The notes beneath the pieces were generated by a model. It made no database searches. It was not told where the DNA came from and saw nothing but the letters and a program-made list of their open reading frames with translations. Shown one piece after another: positions 20,057 to 31,492 of a stretch of 64,000 bases of DNA. How positions within the stretch are numbered: the first letter of the stretch is position 1; each line of letters begins with the position of its first letter. The DNA comes from Chloroflexota bacterium (GTDB taxonomy: Bacteria > Chloroflexota > UBA11872 > VXOZ01): NCBI GenBank assembly GCA_964291655.2, contig OZ219802.1, positions 1,664,001 through 1,728,000 of the forward strand, written 5' to 3'. The position numbers and the translations under genes are program-made.

Positions 20057-20997
20057 TAGTCGTACTCCTCCCGGAACCGGCGCACAAACCAGTGAGCGAA
20101 GATGTTCATGGCAAAGGTCAAGATGAAGAGCATGGTACCCACGGCAAAGATCGTGCGATATTCAAGCGAGGCAAACGGCGTGTCTCCCAGGCTTACCTGC
20201 ACAATGTACGCAGTCATCGTCTCTATCGGCACGCGGGGGTCCAGCGTGAATGTGGGGTTTTGGCCCGCCGCGATAGAGACAATCATGGTTTCGCCAACCG
20301 CGCGTGAGAGCGCCAACACTGCCGAGGCCACGATGCCGGAGAGCGCCGCCGGAACCACGACTTGGGTAGCCACCTCAAAGCGGGTCGCTCCCAAACCGTA
20401 CGCCCCTTCACGCAATGCCTGCGGCACGGCGCCGATGGAATCCTCGCTCAAGGAGGCTACCATCGGAATAATCATGACGCCCATCACGATGCCGGCACTA
20501 AGTGCATTGAAGATGCGCAATCCCGGAATGAACTCCTGCAGGATTGGCGTTACCAACGTCAGGGCGAAGTAGCCGTAAACGACGGTGGGCACACCGGCGA
20601 GTACCTCAAGCACGGGCTTGACGACGTCGCGTACCCGCGGTCGAGCAAATTCGCTGAGGTAGATTGCGATGAGCAGGCCGGTGGGGATAGCCACCGCCAG
20701 CGCGATGAAGGCAACAAGCGCGGTAGCGGTGACCAGCGGCCAGATCCCAAACTTCTTTATTGAGAAGAGTGGGGTCCACTCGGTCTCGGTGAGAAACTCG
20801 AAGATTGAAACTTCTCTGAAGAAGAACAACGTCTCTCCCATGAGCGAGAAGAGGATGCCGAGGGTCGTAACGATAGAGAGCGTTGCCGTTGCCATGAGCG
20901 CATAGCGTATGGCTTCCTCTTTCAAGTTGCGGCTCGCCCGTTTGCTCATGTCGTTGCGCGACGGATAGTGCGAGAACGGGGATACGTCCTCTGCCAT
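20056..20997 (-). CDS. pstC: Phosphate ABC transporter permease
   Basis: [16 protein letters not shown] and [10 protein letters not shown]; start chosen from RBS gaggag. Confidence 0.96.
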   Translation of the reverse strand: MAEDVSPFSHYPSRNDMSKRASRNLKEEAIRYALMATATLSIVTTLGILFSLMGETLFFFREVSIFEFLTETEWTPLFSIKKFGIWPLVTATALVAFIALAVAIPTGLLIAIYLSEFARPRVRDVVKPVLEVLAGVPTVVYGYFALTLVTPILQEFIPGLRIFNALSAGIVMGVMIIPMVASLSEDSIGAVPQALREGAYGLGATRFEVATQVVVPAALSGIVASAVLALSRAVGETMIVSIAAGQNPTFTLDPRVPIETMTAYIVQVSLGDTPFASLEYRTIFAVGTMLFILTFAMNIFAHWFVRRFREEYD

Positions 20998-21202
20998 CGG
21001 AGCTCCTCTCTTCACAACTGCCAACATCATGCAGTTGCTGCGTTACGATTCAACTGTTTTCGAAGGCTGGCTTCTCACCAGGCGCAACGTGGCGGGTGAG
21101 CCAGCCCCGGCACTCTCCGCGCGGGAGAGTGCCGGTAGCGTGTCTTCAATTGGATTGGTGTACGCCGCAGTAACGCTGCTTGCTTTGCGGCGAAGACGGC
21201 TC

Positions 21203-22258
21203 TTACTGCATGTAGCGGTCGAGCGATGCGCCGACCTCAGCGCCGTTCGGCCACAACGTGCCGGTGACGCGATCAGCGAAGCGCTGGGTAAGCGCCTCGT
21301 AGAGTTCGCGGGAGAGCTGCACGTAGCCAACCTCGGGACTGGAAATCAGGGGCGTGAACTCACTGCTGAGATAGTACTTGACGAACGCATCCACCTCAGG
21401 ACGCTCTGCCGCGTCTTTCCGCACATATATGAAGATCGGGCGGCTCAGCGGCTGGTAGCTGCCGTCGGCGACCGTTGCGAAGGACGGTCCCACGCACGTG
21501 CCGTTACCGGAGTCAATTGGGACGGCCTTGACTTTATCGGTGTTTTCCACGTAGTAGGAGAGACCGAAGTAGCCGATGGCGCTCTTGCTGCCGGAGACGC
21601 CGGTCACGAGCACGTTGTCGTCCTCGCTGGCCTGGAAGTCGCCGCGGCTGGACTGGGCCTCGCCGACGATGGCCTCGGTGAAGTAGTCGAACGTACCGCT
21701 ATCCACGCCGGGGGCGAAGAGGTCCAGCGGCATATCCGGGAAGCTATCACGAATCTGATTCCAGTTCGTGACTTCGCCCTGCGCTGCCGGTTCCCACATC
21801 TTCTTCAGTTCGTCCACCGTCAGGCAGTCCACCCAGTCGTTCTCGGGGTTGACGACCACGGTGAGGCCGTCGTAGGCAACCGGAATCTCGATGAAATCAA
21901 ATCCGGCGGCAGTTACCGCCTCCATCTCGGAGGGCTTGATGGGCCGCGAAGCGTCCGATATGTCAGTCTCGCCGGCGGCAAACTTCTTGAAGCCGCCGCC
22001 CGTGCCGGAGACACCTACGCTCACGCGCACGCCGTTATGCATGATGCTGAATTCTTCGGCAGCGGCCATGGTGATGGGGAAGACCGTGCTGGAGCCATCG
22101 ATGATGATGTCTCCTTTCAGTTCATCACTCTCGCCAGCCAGTCCATCAGTCTCGCCAGCGCCGGTATCTGCTCCGCACGCGGCCAGCAGGGCAAAGCCTG
22201 CCACGCCTGCCGCGGCAAAAGTGAACCGTCGTCTGCTCATCCGAAGCGGTGCTGTCAT
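21203..22258 (-). CDS. pstS: Phosphate ABC transporter substrate-binding lipoprotein
   Basis: [25 protein letters not shown] and [11 protein letters not shown]; Tat-like SRRRF and lipobox LAAC. Confidence 0.96.
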   Translation of the reverse strand: MTAPLRMSRRRFTFAAAGVAGFALLAACGADTGAGETDGLAGESDELKGDIIIDGSSTVFPITMAAAEEFSIMHNGVRVSVGVSGTGGGFKKFAAGETDISDASRPIKPSEMEAVTAAGFDFIEIPVAYDGLTVVVNPENDWVDCLTVDELKKMWEPAAQGEVTNWNQIRDSFPDMPLDLFAPGVDSGTFDYFTEAIVGEAQSSRGDFQASEDDNVLVTGVSGSKSAIGYFGLSYYVENTDKVKAVPIDSGNGTCVGPSFATVADGSYQPLSRPIFIYVRKDAAERPEVDAFVKYYLSSEFTPLISSPEVGYVQLSRELYEALTQRFADRVTGTLWPNGAEVGASLDRYMQ

Positions 22259-22454
22259 TTCATTCCTCCCATTCTTGGTGCGACAGCAGTCTGTCCCTTC
22301 GCGCCCGCCAACCGAACGTGCTGCACTCCCCTTCTCCTCGTCTCGCCGTGGGCAGGGAGGATGCCACCCTGTGCAACCCTACTCCGGTGAACGCGGGCAT
22401 GGAACAAAGTTCTTCTCTCAACAGTGAGGAAAAGTATCACGGGCTCCGAATTGC

Positions 22455-22492
22455 GGTCAACGCACAGTTGGGCCATGTTAACAATCAGATAA
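22455..22492 (-). promoter_or_regulatory. Possible Pho-box-like direct repeats upstream of pstS
   Basis: Minus-strand hexamers ttatct, ttaaca, ccaact and ttgacc at 10-11-bp spacing; weak match. Confidence 0.3.
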
Positions 22493-23053
22493 AGATGCAT
22501 ACATTGTTGCTATGACTGGGAAAGAGCGGCTTTGGCGAACTCAACCCACGCTTTCCTCTATCCCCTCTAGCTGGCGCAGTGCAAGGCAGTGAGCGGCCTG
22601 CTGTGTTTGGCGCGTGAGAGAAGGAGAGTTAATCAAATGTTCACATTGTGTCTACGTTGCGTACATACGGCGCCGCCGCACGAGATGGATGGGCCGCGCA
22701 ACAATGCTATTGCGCTCCCATTGGCACTGCCGGCATGCAGCGAGGTAGGCTGACTTCCCATAGAGGCACGAACGGTAGGGGCGGTTCGCGTGGGGATAGA
22801 GTTCTGCCGCACTCTCGATAATAAGTCATCCAGTGTGCGTGAATGGTAAGCGACCACTGGTTCGCAGACTGTAGCGGAATTCTTGAATGGACGACGTAAA
22901 GAGGGGGGAGGGGGCAACCTGAAGTTGGCAGTTGCCGCAGGCATCGGCTGTCCCGTGGAGTGGGAAGAAGGAATAGTCGACCTGCGGCATGTTACTCCGG
23001 CGGAATCCGGAGTTCGGTAACTGGTGAAGACAGATTCCGGCTTCTGCCGGAAT

Positions 23054-23475
23054 CGTAGCTTTCAGGAAAGTGGTTTACAGATTTGATAGAAGAATCACGG
23101 GAGCAATTCTCTGCGCTTGCCTGCATACATGTCATTCCGAACGAAGCGCAACGAAGAGAGGAATCTAGTGTGCTGAAGCCGTTAAAGTGCGTTGAGCAGG
23201 GACCCTAGATTCCTCGCTCCGCTCGGAATGACATGACCTGTCAACACTGCCAATTTGGGAGAGAATTCTGTCAACGAATTACTCAACACTTACAATTCCG
23301 AGCGAAGCCTCGAACCCTGTTCGCGGAATCTAGGGCCCATGCAACGTGTCGCCCAATAGGCTCAACATCTTAGATTCCGCGCTCCGTTCGGAATGACATG
23401 TGTACTGTTCAAGTAGAGTACTGCGTTCAGCTGCTTTTGTTCTCAAATCTGTCAACGAATTACCTGACATTTACA
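23054..23475. mobile_element. MITE with IS481-like ends carrying GTCATTCC-family REPs
   Basis: 33-bp imperfect IR: left cgtagctttcaggaaagtggtttacagatttga versus reverse complement of right tgtaaatgtcaggtaattcgttgacagatttga. A 5-bp direct repeat ggaat lies at 23049-23053 and 23476-23480. Confidence 0.65.
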
Positions 23476-23642
23476 GGAATGACATGTACGTTCGACAGAG
23501 TCCAGTGAGTAGAGGTTTTTGTAAACGAATTACTCAACAAATACAGGAATGACATGAACGGTCAACACTTTCAGGAATGACAATTTGAAAGTTCTCAGGC
23601 CTCAGACGCTGTATCTAAAGCGCGCTGGCAAGTCCCGTTCGC

Positions 23643-24629
23643 TCAGGACTGCGCGAGCCCATCCACCAGCGCTACGACTGCTTTGCCCAAGCCCTCCAGG
23701 TCGTAGCCGCCTTCCTGGACCGCGAGAAGCGGCACGGAGAGCGCCGCAAGCTGTTCGCCAATGGCCTGATAGCACTCATCGTTGAGAGAGAAGGCGCCGA
23801 CGGGATCGCCGGCACGGGTGTCGAACCCACTTGAGAGGATGAGATAGGCAGGAGCAAACCAGGCGATCTTCTCCAGGGCCTGAGAGAAGGCTTCTAGAAA
23901 GGCGTCATTCTGGGTGAACATGGGCAGGGGCAGATTGAGGTTGAAGTTTTCGCCCGCGCCCGTGCCGGTCTCTTCCGGCCAGCCGCTAAAGCGCGGGTAC
24001 GCCCAGGCGGGATGGCCGTGCAAGCTCACATACAGCACCTCGTCGGTGTCGTAGAAGATGTCCTGCGTGCCGTTGCCGTGGTGGAAGTCGATGTCGAGTA
24101 CGGCGACGCGGCCGTGTTCTTTGAGAACGTTGGCAGCCACCGCCGCGTGATTGATGTAGCAATAGCCGCCGTATTTGTAGCGGCCCGCATGGTGCCCCGG
24201 CGGGCGCTCCAAGGCATAGACACAGGGCGTTCCGCCTCGCAGCATTTCGGCGCCGGTGAGCACCACACACGACGCCAGCCACGCCTTTTCCAGCGTATTC
24301 GCCGCCAGCGGTGTGTCGGGACTGATGGTGTACGGCGTCTCCAGCACGGAGCCGTCATCAGACTCGGCGAGGCGGGTCGTGGTCTGCTCGAGGAACGAGA
24401 GAAGACTCTCATCATGCACTTCGGCGGCGAACTCAAACGGGAACATGCTCGGCTCCACGAAGCTTCCGGCGTGCCCCGCCTGCTGCAAGGCTTTTGCCAT
24501 CACTTCGACGCGCTCCGGCACCTCCGGATGATCCACGACAACATTGTAGGAAAGCTCGATGCGCGGCACGTGGGGTTGATGCAGCGGCGTGTAGATGATA
24601 GGAATTGTACGGCGCTGGGTGCGGGTCAT
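23643..24629 (-). CDS. Histone deacetylase family protein (acetylpolyamine amidohydrolase-like)
   Basis: HPEVPER, RPPGHHA, GYCY, DIDFHHGNGTQDIFY, SGFD and EGGY. Confidence 0.94.
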   Translation of the reverse strand: MTRTQRRTIPIIYTPLHQPHVPRIELSYNVVVDHPEVPERVEVMAKALQQAGHAGSFVEPSMFPFEFAAEVHDESLLSFLEQTTTRLAESDDGSVLETPYTISPDTPLAANTLEKAWLASCVVLTGAEMLRGGTPCVYALERPPGHHAGRYKYGGYCYINHAAVAANVLKEHGRVAVLDIDFHHGNGTQDIFYDTDEVLYVSLHGHPAWAYPRFSGWPEETGTGAGENFNLNLPLPMFTQNDAFLEAFSQALEKIAWFAPAYLILSSGFDTRAGDPVGAFSLNDECYQAIGEQLAALSVPLLAVQEGGYDLEGLGKAVVALVDGLAQS

Positions 24630-24655
24630 AATAGCAGGTGCATTTTCTGAATGAG

Positions 24656-25945
24656 CTAGGTGGAGCCGACGGCGTAGGGTCGTAGTGCCGGCCAGTACTT
24701 GCGCGGAAGCGTGCCTTCGATCACGGTGCCGTCGGCACGGTGTTGCTCGCGGCGAATGCTGCCCCGCTGGTGGAAGAGGCTGACCAAGCGCCCCTCTTGG
24801 TAAGGGATGCGCACGTGCACGTCTACCGAAAGCTGCGCGTTTAATGTGTTTGCCACCGTATCCAAAAGAGTCTCCAGTCCGTCCCCTTCACGGGCGGAAA
24901 CGAACACAGGCTTGGGGTGATCCGCCGGATTCGGCGCGAGTCCCTCAAGCCGGTCGATCTTGTTGAGGACCGTGATGGTGGGCTTATCCTCAATGCCAAG
25001 TTCGGCCAAGGTCTCGTAGACCGCCGCTACTTGGCGCTCGGACTGCGGATGGCTGACGTCCACAACGTGCAGCAGGATGTCGGCGGCCAGGATCTCTTCG
25101 AGCGTCGCGCGAAATGCCGCTATGAGCATGGGCGGCAAATGGCGGATGAAACCCACGGTGTCGCTGAATACCACTTCCAGTCCGTTAGGCAGCTTTACGC
25201 GGCGTGTGGTGGGATCCAAGGTGGCAAAGAGCTTATCCTCAGCCAGCACGCCGGCCTGTGTCACGGCATTCAGCAACGTGCTCTTGCCGGAGTTCGTATA
25301 ACCGACGAGCGATGCCACCGGAATGTCGTTCACCGTACGCCGGGCTCGTTGGCGAGCGCGCCGGGCGCGCACCGCTTCGAGTCGCGACCGCAAGTGTGAG
25401 AGCCGTTGGCGGATGAGCCGCCGGTCCGACTCAATCTGCGTCTCGCCGGGGCCGCGGGTGCCAATGCCCGCGCCGAGACGCGAGAATTCTACCCAGAGCG
25501 TGGAGAGCCGCGGGAGCAGATACGTGAGTTGCGCCATCTCGACCTGCAGCTTGCCCTCGGTGGTCTGAGCGCGCGTGGCGAAGATGTCAAGGATGAGCGC
25601 CGTGCGGTCGAGTACCTTGACGTCAAGCTTCTTTTCAAGGTTGCGCTGTTGACTGGGCGTGAGGTCGTTATCGAAAATGACCAGGTCGTAGGCCTGCTCG
25701 TACCGCAGCGCCTTTATTTCCTCCACCTTGCCCTTGCCAATGAAGGTTGCCGGGTCCGGTTTACGCCGCCGCTGGTAGTACGTGTCGACGACGATGGCGC
25801 CGGCGGTGCGGGCGAGGCTGGTGAGCTCCTGCAGGGATTCCTGCACCGGCCATTGCTCGGAATCATTGCCGAGCGCGACGCAGACGAGTACCGCGCGTTC
25901 CGACCCACGCTCCGTGCCAACACTGTGCTGAGAGAAATCAAGCAA
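24656..25945 (-). CDS. hflX: Ribosome-splitting GTPase HflX
   Basis: [30 protein letters not shown] and NKID; TTG start at 25945 inferred from a GAGG RBS and an upstream TGgTACAAT. Confidence 0.96.
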   Translation of the reverse strand: MLDFSQHSVGTERGSERAVLVCVALGNDSEQWPVQESLQELTSLARTAGAIVVDTYYQRRRKPDPATFIGKGKVEEIKALRYEQAYDLVIFDNDLTPSQQRNLEKKLDVKVLDRTALILDIFATRAQTTEGKLQVEMAQLTYLLPRLSTLWVEFSRLGAGIGTRGPGETQIESDRRLIRQRLSHLRSRLEAVRARRARQRARRTVNDIPVASLVGYTNSGKSTLLNAVTQAGVLAEDKLFATLDPTTRRVKLPNGLEVVFSDTVGFIRHLPPMLIAAFRATLEEILAADILLHVVDVSHPQSERQVAAVYETLAELGIEDKPTITVLNKIDRLEGLAPNPADHPKPVFVSAREGDGLETLLDTVANTLNAQLSVDVHVRIPYQEGRLVSLFHQRGSIRREQHRADGTVIEGTLPRKYWPALRPYAVGST

Positions 25946-26558
25946 TAACTGTGCCTCTGCAAACGAGTCTGTGCCCACATTGTACCATAGAAATCTCGAC
26001 CATTGAGCGGTTAACCGACGAGCCGGGGGAAGACCTGAAAGGCAGTTAGCCGCATCGTGCACTCTATTCTGCCTAGGATCGAGAATTCATTTCTCCTTGC
26101 AGATCTCTGCATTGCTCTGGTCAGCGGCGCGAGGATTGCTTCTTCTCGCTCGAATGAGGGCCGGGGGTGAGAGGAAGCCGGCGCCAATCCAGCCCGAGGT
26201 CAGCTATTCGGTAAGGATTCGCGGAGAATTCCATCGGTCCAGAAATGCGGGGGACAAGCCCCCGCGCTACTTTGACTTGCCGATGCTCAGCCTAATGGGC
26301 GCCGTGCCGCCCACGGGCGGCATTGCATGCTGAACCCAGTGCAGATGCTGCCCATGGAGGTATGCAACAATCTTTAAGTAGCTAAGGCTGCCTTGCGGCA
26401 GCCTTGCGCCCTTTCGCCGAAGCATCCAGGGGGTGTACGAACTTTCAAAAGCCGATTCAGGTGACGGTTGCCAACCAGCAGTTGCCATTGCGCAAGCAAG
26501 GCTCAATGTGCCTGCAAGAAAGCGTACCAGGACTTTGGCGGAGACAGCTTCCCTGCCG

Positions 26559-27242
26559 TTAAGATTCTTCCGCCTCTTCCCCTTCGGCGTCCATGACGAA
26601 GGTCACGCCAAGGTCCATGAGCTCTTTGAAGGCTTCTGCGAGGCGCAGGAGGCTCTGCCCCTTGGTGGTTAACCTGTACTCGTGGCGTCGACCGAGAAGG
26701 CCGAAGAAGATGGTCTTCTCTTCGTCGGCGAGACAGTCCTGCTCGACGAGGGACATGACCGCCTTCGTTTCCAACTCAGGGGCAGGAGTGCGGGCAATGT
26801 CACGATCCGTCACGATAGCCTGGAACTTGCTCAAGGCGTCAATGCCGCGGCGATCGAGCAACTCTACGACGGATGGCTCCAGAATCGCGCGCACCGTGAT
26901 GGCAAATTCCTCGCGCGTGCGCTCAGCGTTGCGGCCCGCCTGGTAGCGGAAGATGTCATGGTAGCCGGGGAGCATGAGCGACGGAGCGATATAGTCCGGC
27001 GTCACGTCGAATGTGGTGCCGCGGGTGCGGCTCTCGTGCTTGATCCCAAATCCAAGCTGAGTGAGCCGTCCTAAGCTCTCCTCCTGCACGCGCGTGGGGC
27101 TAAACTCCTGCCCTTTCATCGTGCGCCGCGCGGACTGATAGAGAATATCGATGTGCTGGTCACCCAAGTCTCGCGCATACATCTCGCGCACCTGTGTGAT
27201 AAGTTCGTCAACCCTTAATTGTTTCGCCATGTCGACAGCCAT
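26559..27242 (-). CDS. Hypothetical protein (possibly winged-helix-like)
   Basis: 227-aa ORF with GC3-biased codons, RBS and an upstream TTGACG-N17-TAGCGT; YRLTTKG wing-like motif. Confidence 0.75.
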   Translation of the reverse strand: MAVDMAKQLRVDELITQVREMYARDLGDQHIDILYQSARRTMKGQEFSPTRVQEESLGRLTQLGFGIKHESRTRGTTFDVTPDYIAPSLMLPGYHDIFRYQAGRNAERTREEFAITVRAILEPSVVELLDRRGIDALSKFQAIVTDRDIARTPAPELETKAVMSLVEQDCLADEEKTIFFGLLGRRHEYRLTTKGQSLLRLAEAFKELMDLGVTFVMDAEGEEAEES

Positions 27243-27529
27243 GAGCGCCCTCTCTTCCGTTGTCGCTATCCACCGAATGCACGAATTCTGACTATGACTA
27301 TACTACCGCTAGATCGAATATTCTGCACACACGCTACCATGCGTATGGGCGAGCGTCAAGCAGTGCAATTTGGTTCATCTCTGTAGAAATATCCAGGACA
27401 AGAGTTGGCAAGGAGATTTTTCTCTGGTAGGATTAGTACGCTCACAAGGCACAAGTGGGCTTAGTTACCTAGGGCAGGCCGTGAGGCCGCAGTGCCAGTG
27501 CTCAATGGCGCCTGCTGGCATCCTATATC

Positions 27530-28261
27530 TTGCAGAGAACCTCGCAGAGGGTAGCACTGGTGCAATCGCTATCGCGCCGTCTTCTATTGAAGTACGCCGG
27601 GCTCTTCGTCCCCGCCAGCAAACTCGCCCCGCGTGAGCTCCCGCTTCCCGCTGAGCAAGAACCCATCTACCAGCTTCCCTTCAATACCCCGCCGGGACCG
27701 AGCACCTGGTACGTGGCGCAGTGGTATGGGAATACGAACCTGGCACACCGCTTCCGCCACACCGTCTATCGGGAAGGGCAGGGGATTCATTTCGGCATCG
27801 ACTTTGCCTGCCCGTGCGATACTGAGATAAGGGCGATCGGCGACGGCGTGGTGATCGGCGCGGACGACCTCTCCTTTGGCGCGGGTCCCCATAACGCGAT
27901 CGTGCTGCACCCCAACGGTGACCTCTCGTTGTACGGACATCTGCGCCGGTTTCCGGCAGTTCCTGCCGGCGGCTCGGTGCAAGCGGGCGATCTCATCGGC
28001 TACTCGGGTGACTGGCTCGATAACGTGGCTTGCTTAGCTGCGCCCCATCTGCACCTGGAAATTCGACGGCCAGACCGCACCCGCGCGGTCAATCCGGCGC
28101 TCTTGATCAAGGCTGATTGGCACAATGCGGTATTGGGCCGTTTCCTCGGCTTTGTCAAAGACCTCGATGATCCGCGCCGTTGGCAAATTATCGAAGATCA
28201 GCCGGACACGCTATTCGGCGGGCGCATTCTCAATGACTACGCCCGTCTTTGGATGCGTTAA
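27530..28261 (+). CDS. M23 family metallopeptidase
   Basis: HFGID, YGHL and PHLHLE; start uncertain. Confidence 0.9.
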   Translation: MQRTSQRVALVQSLSRRLLLKYAGLFVPASKLAPRELPLPAEQEPIYQLPFNTPPGPSTWYVAQWYGNTNLAHRFRHTVYREGQGIHFGIDFACPCDTEIRAIGDGVVIGADDLSFGAGPHNAIVLHPNGDLSLYGHLRRFPAVPAGGSVQAGDLIGYSGDWLDNVACLAAPHLHLEIRRPDRTRAVNPALLIKADWHNAVLGRFLGFVKDLDDPRRWQIIEDQPDTLFGGRILNDYARLWMR

Positions 28262-28267
28262 GGCGCT

Positions 28268-29458
28268 GTGGTACGGCATATGCGGCGTCGTCTTGGCGCA
28301 AGTCTTCTCTTAGGGCTTTGGCTCATGCTGGGCAGCGGCTGCGCGTACACGTATGTGCCAAACGCCGAGGGTACGCCTGTGCTTACCTTGCAGGTTTCCC
28401 TTCCGCCGACACCGACTGCGCTGCCGGCCATCGGCACGCCAATTGCCCCGACGCCAACACCGACTGCGCTGCCGGCCATCGGCACGCCATTTACCCCGAC
28501 GCCAACACCGAGCCCGGTGCTAAGACGCCTCACCGCGCCCGGGTGCTGCAGCGGTATCTGGTGGTCGGACGATGGCACGCAGGTGCTCTACGTTGATAAG
28601 CCGGATGACCGCCCGGCCGCAATCTGGGGCGTGGACATCGCCACTGGAGCAGCGGCGCTGTATAGCGCAGTGGTGGGCGTGCTGCAATATAACGATCGGT
28701 ACGTTATCGCGCTGGCGCACCAAACGCCGCTGGGCGTCACCGTGCATGATCGGCAGACCGGTGAAGGTTGGGCGCTCTTTGGCGTGGGAAGCCTACCGTT
28801 CATCTCTCCCGACGGCGCTCGTATTGCGTATGATGGGCGTCCGTCGCAGCAGACGTTGTTCGCCAGTCGCCGCGAGAACCCGATTGTGGTGGCGGCGCTG
28901 GACGGCAGCAACCCGCAACATTTGACCACACTCTACGGCGTCGGCATTGTGGGTTGGTTCCCCGACGGCGCACGCTTGCTGGCGTTGGGTACACGGGACC
29001 CCGACACCGAACGCCCTACCCTTTGGCAGATCGACGCAACCAACGGCGCACTCGAGAAATTCGATGACGGCGTGCATTTGCGCAACATCTCACTCTCGCC
29101 CGACGGCGCATGGCTGGTCTTTCTCAAGGCGTTTGAGGAAGACCCGGACTTGAACACCACCTGGGCAATGAATGTAGCTACCGGCGCGCAAAAGCGGCTC
29201 GACTTCGCGGTCAGATACGCCTGGGTCGGCGCTGAGGGCGCATCGCTGCTCTACATTCCGGCGCGCGAGACGCCGGCCTCCGGCTTCGGTGTGTGGAAGC
29301 TGGACGTCGCTTCCGGCGAACGGTCTCGACTCACCGATCCGGCGCAGACGCCGCTGTTCATTGCCAACGGCGACTGGGCGCTCGCCCCCGCTGGCCAGCA
29401 CCTTGCGTTCGTCTCTGCAGAGGACTACGCCATCTGGCTGCTTGAGATGAGTCCGTGA
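28268..29458 (+). CDS. TolB-like / PD40 beta-propeller lipoprotein with Pro/Thr linker
   Basis: Lipobox GSGC and repeated WS/SPDG motifs; a 48-bp tandem duplication (~28406-28510) encodes PTPTALPAIGTP. Confidence 0.85.
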   Translation: MVRHMRRRLGASLLLGLWLMLGSGCAYTYVPNAEGTPVLTLQVSLPPTPTALPAIGTPIAPTPTPTALPAIGTPFTPTPTPSPVLRRLTAPGCCSGIWWSDDGTQVLYVDKPDDRPAAIWGVDIATGAAALYSAVVGVLQYNDRYVIALAHQTPLGVTVHDRQTGEGWALFGVGSLPFISPDGARIAYDGRPSQQTLFASRRENPIVVAALDGSNPQHLTTLYGVGIVGWFPDGARLLALGTRDPDTERPTLWQIDATNGALEKFDDGVHLRNISLSPDGAWLVFLKAFEEDPDLNTTWAMNVATGAQKRLDFAVRYAWVGAEGASLLYIPARETPASGFGVWKLDVASGERSRLTDPAQTPLFIANGDWALAPAGQHLAFVSAEDYAIWLLEMSP

Positions 29459-29609
29459 GCGAGGGCACCCGCTGCACGTACGGTTGCGCCAGCCCCACGA
29501 GCCTACCAAGTTCGCCAAAACCAAAAAGGAAGGAATGAGTAGAATCGGAAACTTATCTCGAGGATAAGCGAAACTTTGCTCATAATCTCCTTAATGAGGC
29601 TCCTCAATC

Positions 29610-29700
29610 TGTCATTCTGAGGAGCGCAGTGACGAAGAACCTCGTTTGTGGAGGATTCTAGGTTCCGCGAACCCTGTTCGACGCTCCGCTCGGAATGACA
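29610..29700. repeat. GTCATT(C/T)-family REP doublet
   Basis: tgtcattctgaggagcgcagtgacgaagaacct ... gacgctccgctcggaatgaca, related to copies at 23131-23233 and 23295-23398. Confidence 0.75.
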
Positions 29701-29789
29701 TGAAAGCCAGCCCAACGTGGGAGTCCAGTCTAATACAACCAATTCTGAAGAAGGAAACGCTTGCGGCCGCGCGGAGCGGGGTTCTTGCT

Positions 29790-30257
29790 ATGCGACGATT
29801 CACCCTTGAGACAAGCCTCTGGCTGCCGCAGCCGGTAGAGGAGGTATTTTCCTTCTTCGCCGATGCGGCAAACCTGGAAAGCCTCACGCCGCCGTGGCTG
29901 CGGTTTGAGATCCAAACGCCCCTGCCGATTGCAATGGCGGCCGGCTCCCGCATCGACTATCGGCTGCGGTATCGCGGGTTCCCCCTGCGCTGGCGCACTG
30001 CAATCCAGGCCTGGGAGCCGCCGCACCGGTTCGTTGACTGCCAAGTCAAAGGACCCTATCGCCGCTGGGTGCATGAGCACGTGTTCGTAGAGCAAGACGG
30101 CGGGACTTTCGCGACGGACAACGTGGAGTACGCCCTGCTGGGCGGTGCGATTACCAATGCTCTGCTCGTTGGCCGGGACTTAGAGAGAATCTTCGCCTAC
30201 CGGCGGCAGCGAATGCTGGCGATCTTCGGCGGCACTGCCGAGGATTGCCGCTCGTAA
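29790..30257 (+). CDS. SRPBCC family protein
   Basis: EVFSFFADAANLESLTPPWL and FVDCQVKGPYRRWVHEH. The upstream part of the track ORF runs through a REP. Confidence 0.9.
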   Translation: MRRFTLETSLWLPQPVEEVFSFFADAANLESLTPPWLRFEIQTPLPIAMAAGSRIDYRLRYRGFPLRWRTAIQAWEPPHRFVDCQVKGPYRRWVHEHVFVEQDGGTFATDNVEYALLGGAITNALLVGRDLERIFAYRRQRMLAIFGGTAEDCRS

Positions 30258-30273
30258 CGCGCGCTGGAAATCG

Positions 30274-30849
30274 CTAGTCCGACCCTCTATCCCGCGCATG
30301 ACCCCGTGTGGCGGCGGCGAGATACGCCTGGTCCAACGGTCTCAGATTCAAGTCCTCAAGCTTCGCGAGCGGAACGAACTCGGCCGAGATTTGGTATTCA
30401 TCCGGCTTTTGCGGCACGGCGCAGTTGCTGTGGGAGTGGGATCGAAAGACCACCCAGAAGAAGTCGGGATACGGGTACGCGTATTGCGGAGGTCTTGGCG
30501 TTTGGTGCCGGAGATGCACAAATCCCAAGCGGTGGATGTCCCTGATTTGAACGCCGGCTTCCTCGCGTATCTCACGATGCAGCGCGTCCAGCAGCGTCTC
30601 TCCAGCTTCCAGCCTGCCGCCCGGCAGGACTCGCGCTCCATCCCTATTGCGCATCAACAGGACGCTGTCATCGTGGAATACGAGTGACCGCACGGACGTT
30701 ATGTAGTCCGGCGGCGGCAACTCGTGCGTGACATAGGCAGAGGCAACCAGCTTGATCTCGCCGCCGTGCCAGTCCAAATGCTCGGTTGCAACAGCAATGT
30801 GGCAGCTGAGGAAAGCGGCAACATCGGAGCTTGAACTATCACAAAGCAC
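30274..30849 (-). CDS. NUDIX hydrolase
   Basis: Nudix box GGRLEAGETLLDALHREIREEAG. Confidence 0.9.
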   Translation of the reverse strand: MLCDSSSSDVAAFLSCHIAVATEHLDWHGGEIKLVASAYVTHELPPPDYITSVRSLVFHDDSVLLMRNRDGARVLPGGRLEAGETLLDALHREIREEAGVQIRDIHRLGFVHLRHQTPRPPQYAYPYPDFFWVVFRSHSHSNCAVPQKPDEYQISAEFVPLAKLEDLNLRPLDQAYLAAATRGHARDRGSD

Positions 30850-30953
30850 ATTCGCCCCCGTGCTGGAGTCTCTCGGTAGGATACGCCGGAACTGCCAAGA
30901 ATCACGTAATGCTCAACGTGTAGAGTGCGTGCGCCTAGCAGTACGCCATTTAC

Positions 30954-31492
30954 CCTTCGACTGAGCTCAGGGCGAACGGCGCGGTGTGGAAACTAGCTAG
31001 CATGACGTAGCAATCAAGCGAATCTTGACGTAGCGCGGGGGCTTGTCCCCCAATGCTGTCGCATTAGCCGCCGGGGTGAAAAACATGAGGTTGTCGGTGC
31101 CCTACCCGGTAGCGCGGGCCCTTCGACAGAGCCTGTGCTGAGACTGCCGAAGTTCTCAGGTCACGTTTGCAGCCCCGTATCAAGTACGGGGCAGGCGCTG
31201 CGTCTGTGTCCTTATGTTAGGGACGCAGTCTCTATTGTTGCATGACTCTCTTCCTTGCCGCTACGCTGCATTTCCCCCTCACCCCGGCCCTCTCGCCCCC
31301 TGAAGACCCTTGCATAACCCATGCCGGCGCGGGAATGTCCCCTCTCCCGGCGGGAGAGGGTTAGGGTGAGGGGGAGATTTCCACATTCTGGGAGCTACTT
31401 TCCGTTATTGCACTTTTGCGTATCGGTCTTGCTGGTAGAAAGGATTGGTAAGCAGAAATCCCCTCACCCCGGCCCTCTCCCCAAGGAGAGGG
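30954..31492. repeat. Mixed REP cluster ending in an intact CCCTCTCCC REPIN (31339-31492)
   Basis: Contains cccttcgac..ctcagg units, a GTAG family 2 REP, the 24-bp mini-palindrome and an inverted CCCTCACCC pair. 31339-31492 is homologous to the IS-interrupted copy starting at 42921. Confidence 0.85.

Noticed and set aside
21029-22390. 453-aa plus-strand ORF, and similar long ORFs at 43049-44299, 44343-45947, 56353-57312 and 59194-60342
   Set aside because: Each is antisense to a gene with clear family motifs and has no recognisable motifs of its own.
22633-22944. 103-aa ORF between pstS and the repeat cluster, and short ORFs at 38162-38606
   Set aside because: Composition looks non-coding, with no motifs or clear RBS.
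23269-23582. Degenerate CRISPR-like repeat-spacer pattern
   Set aside because: Spacing is irregular (about 180, then 70 bp), and the units are better explained as TGT..ACA transposon ends fused to REP arms.
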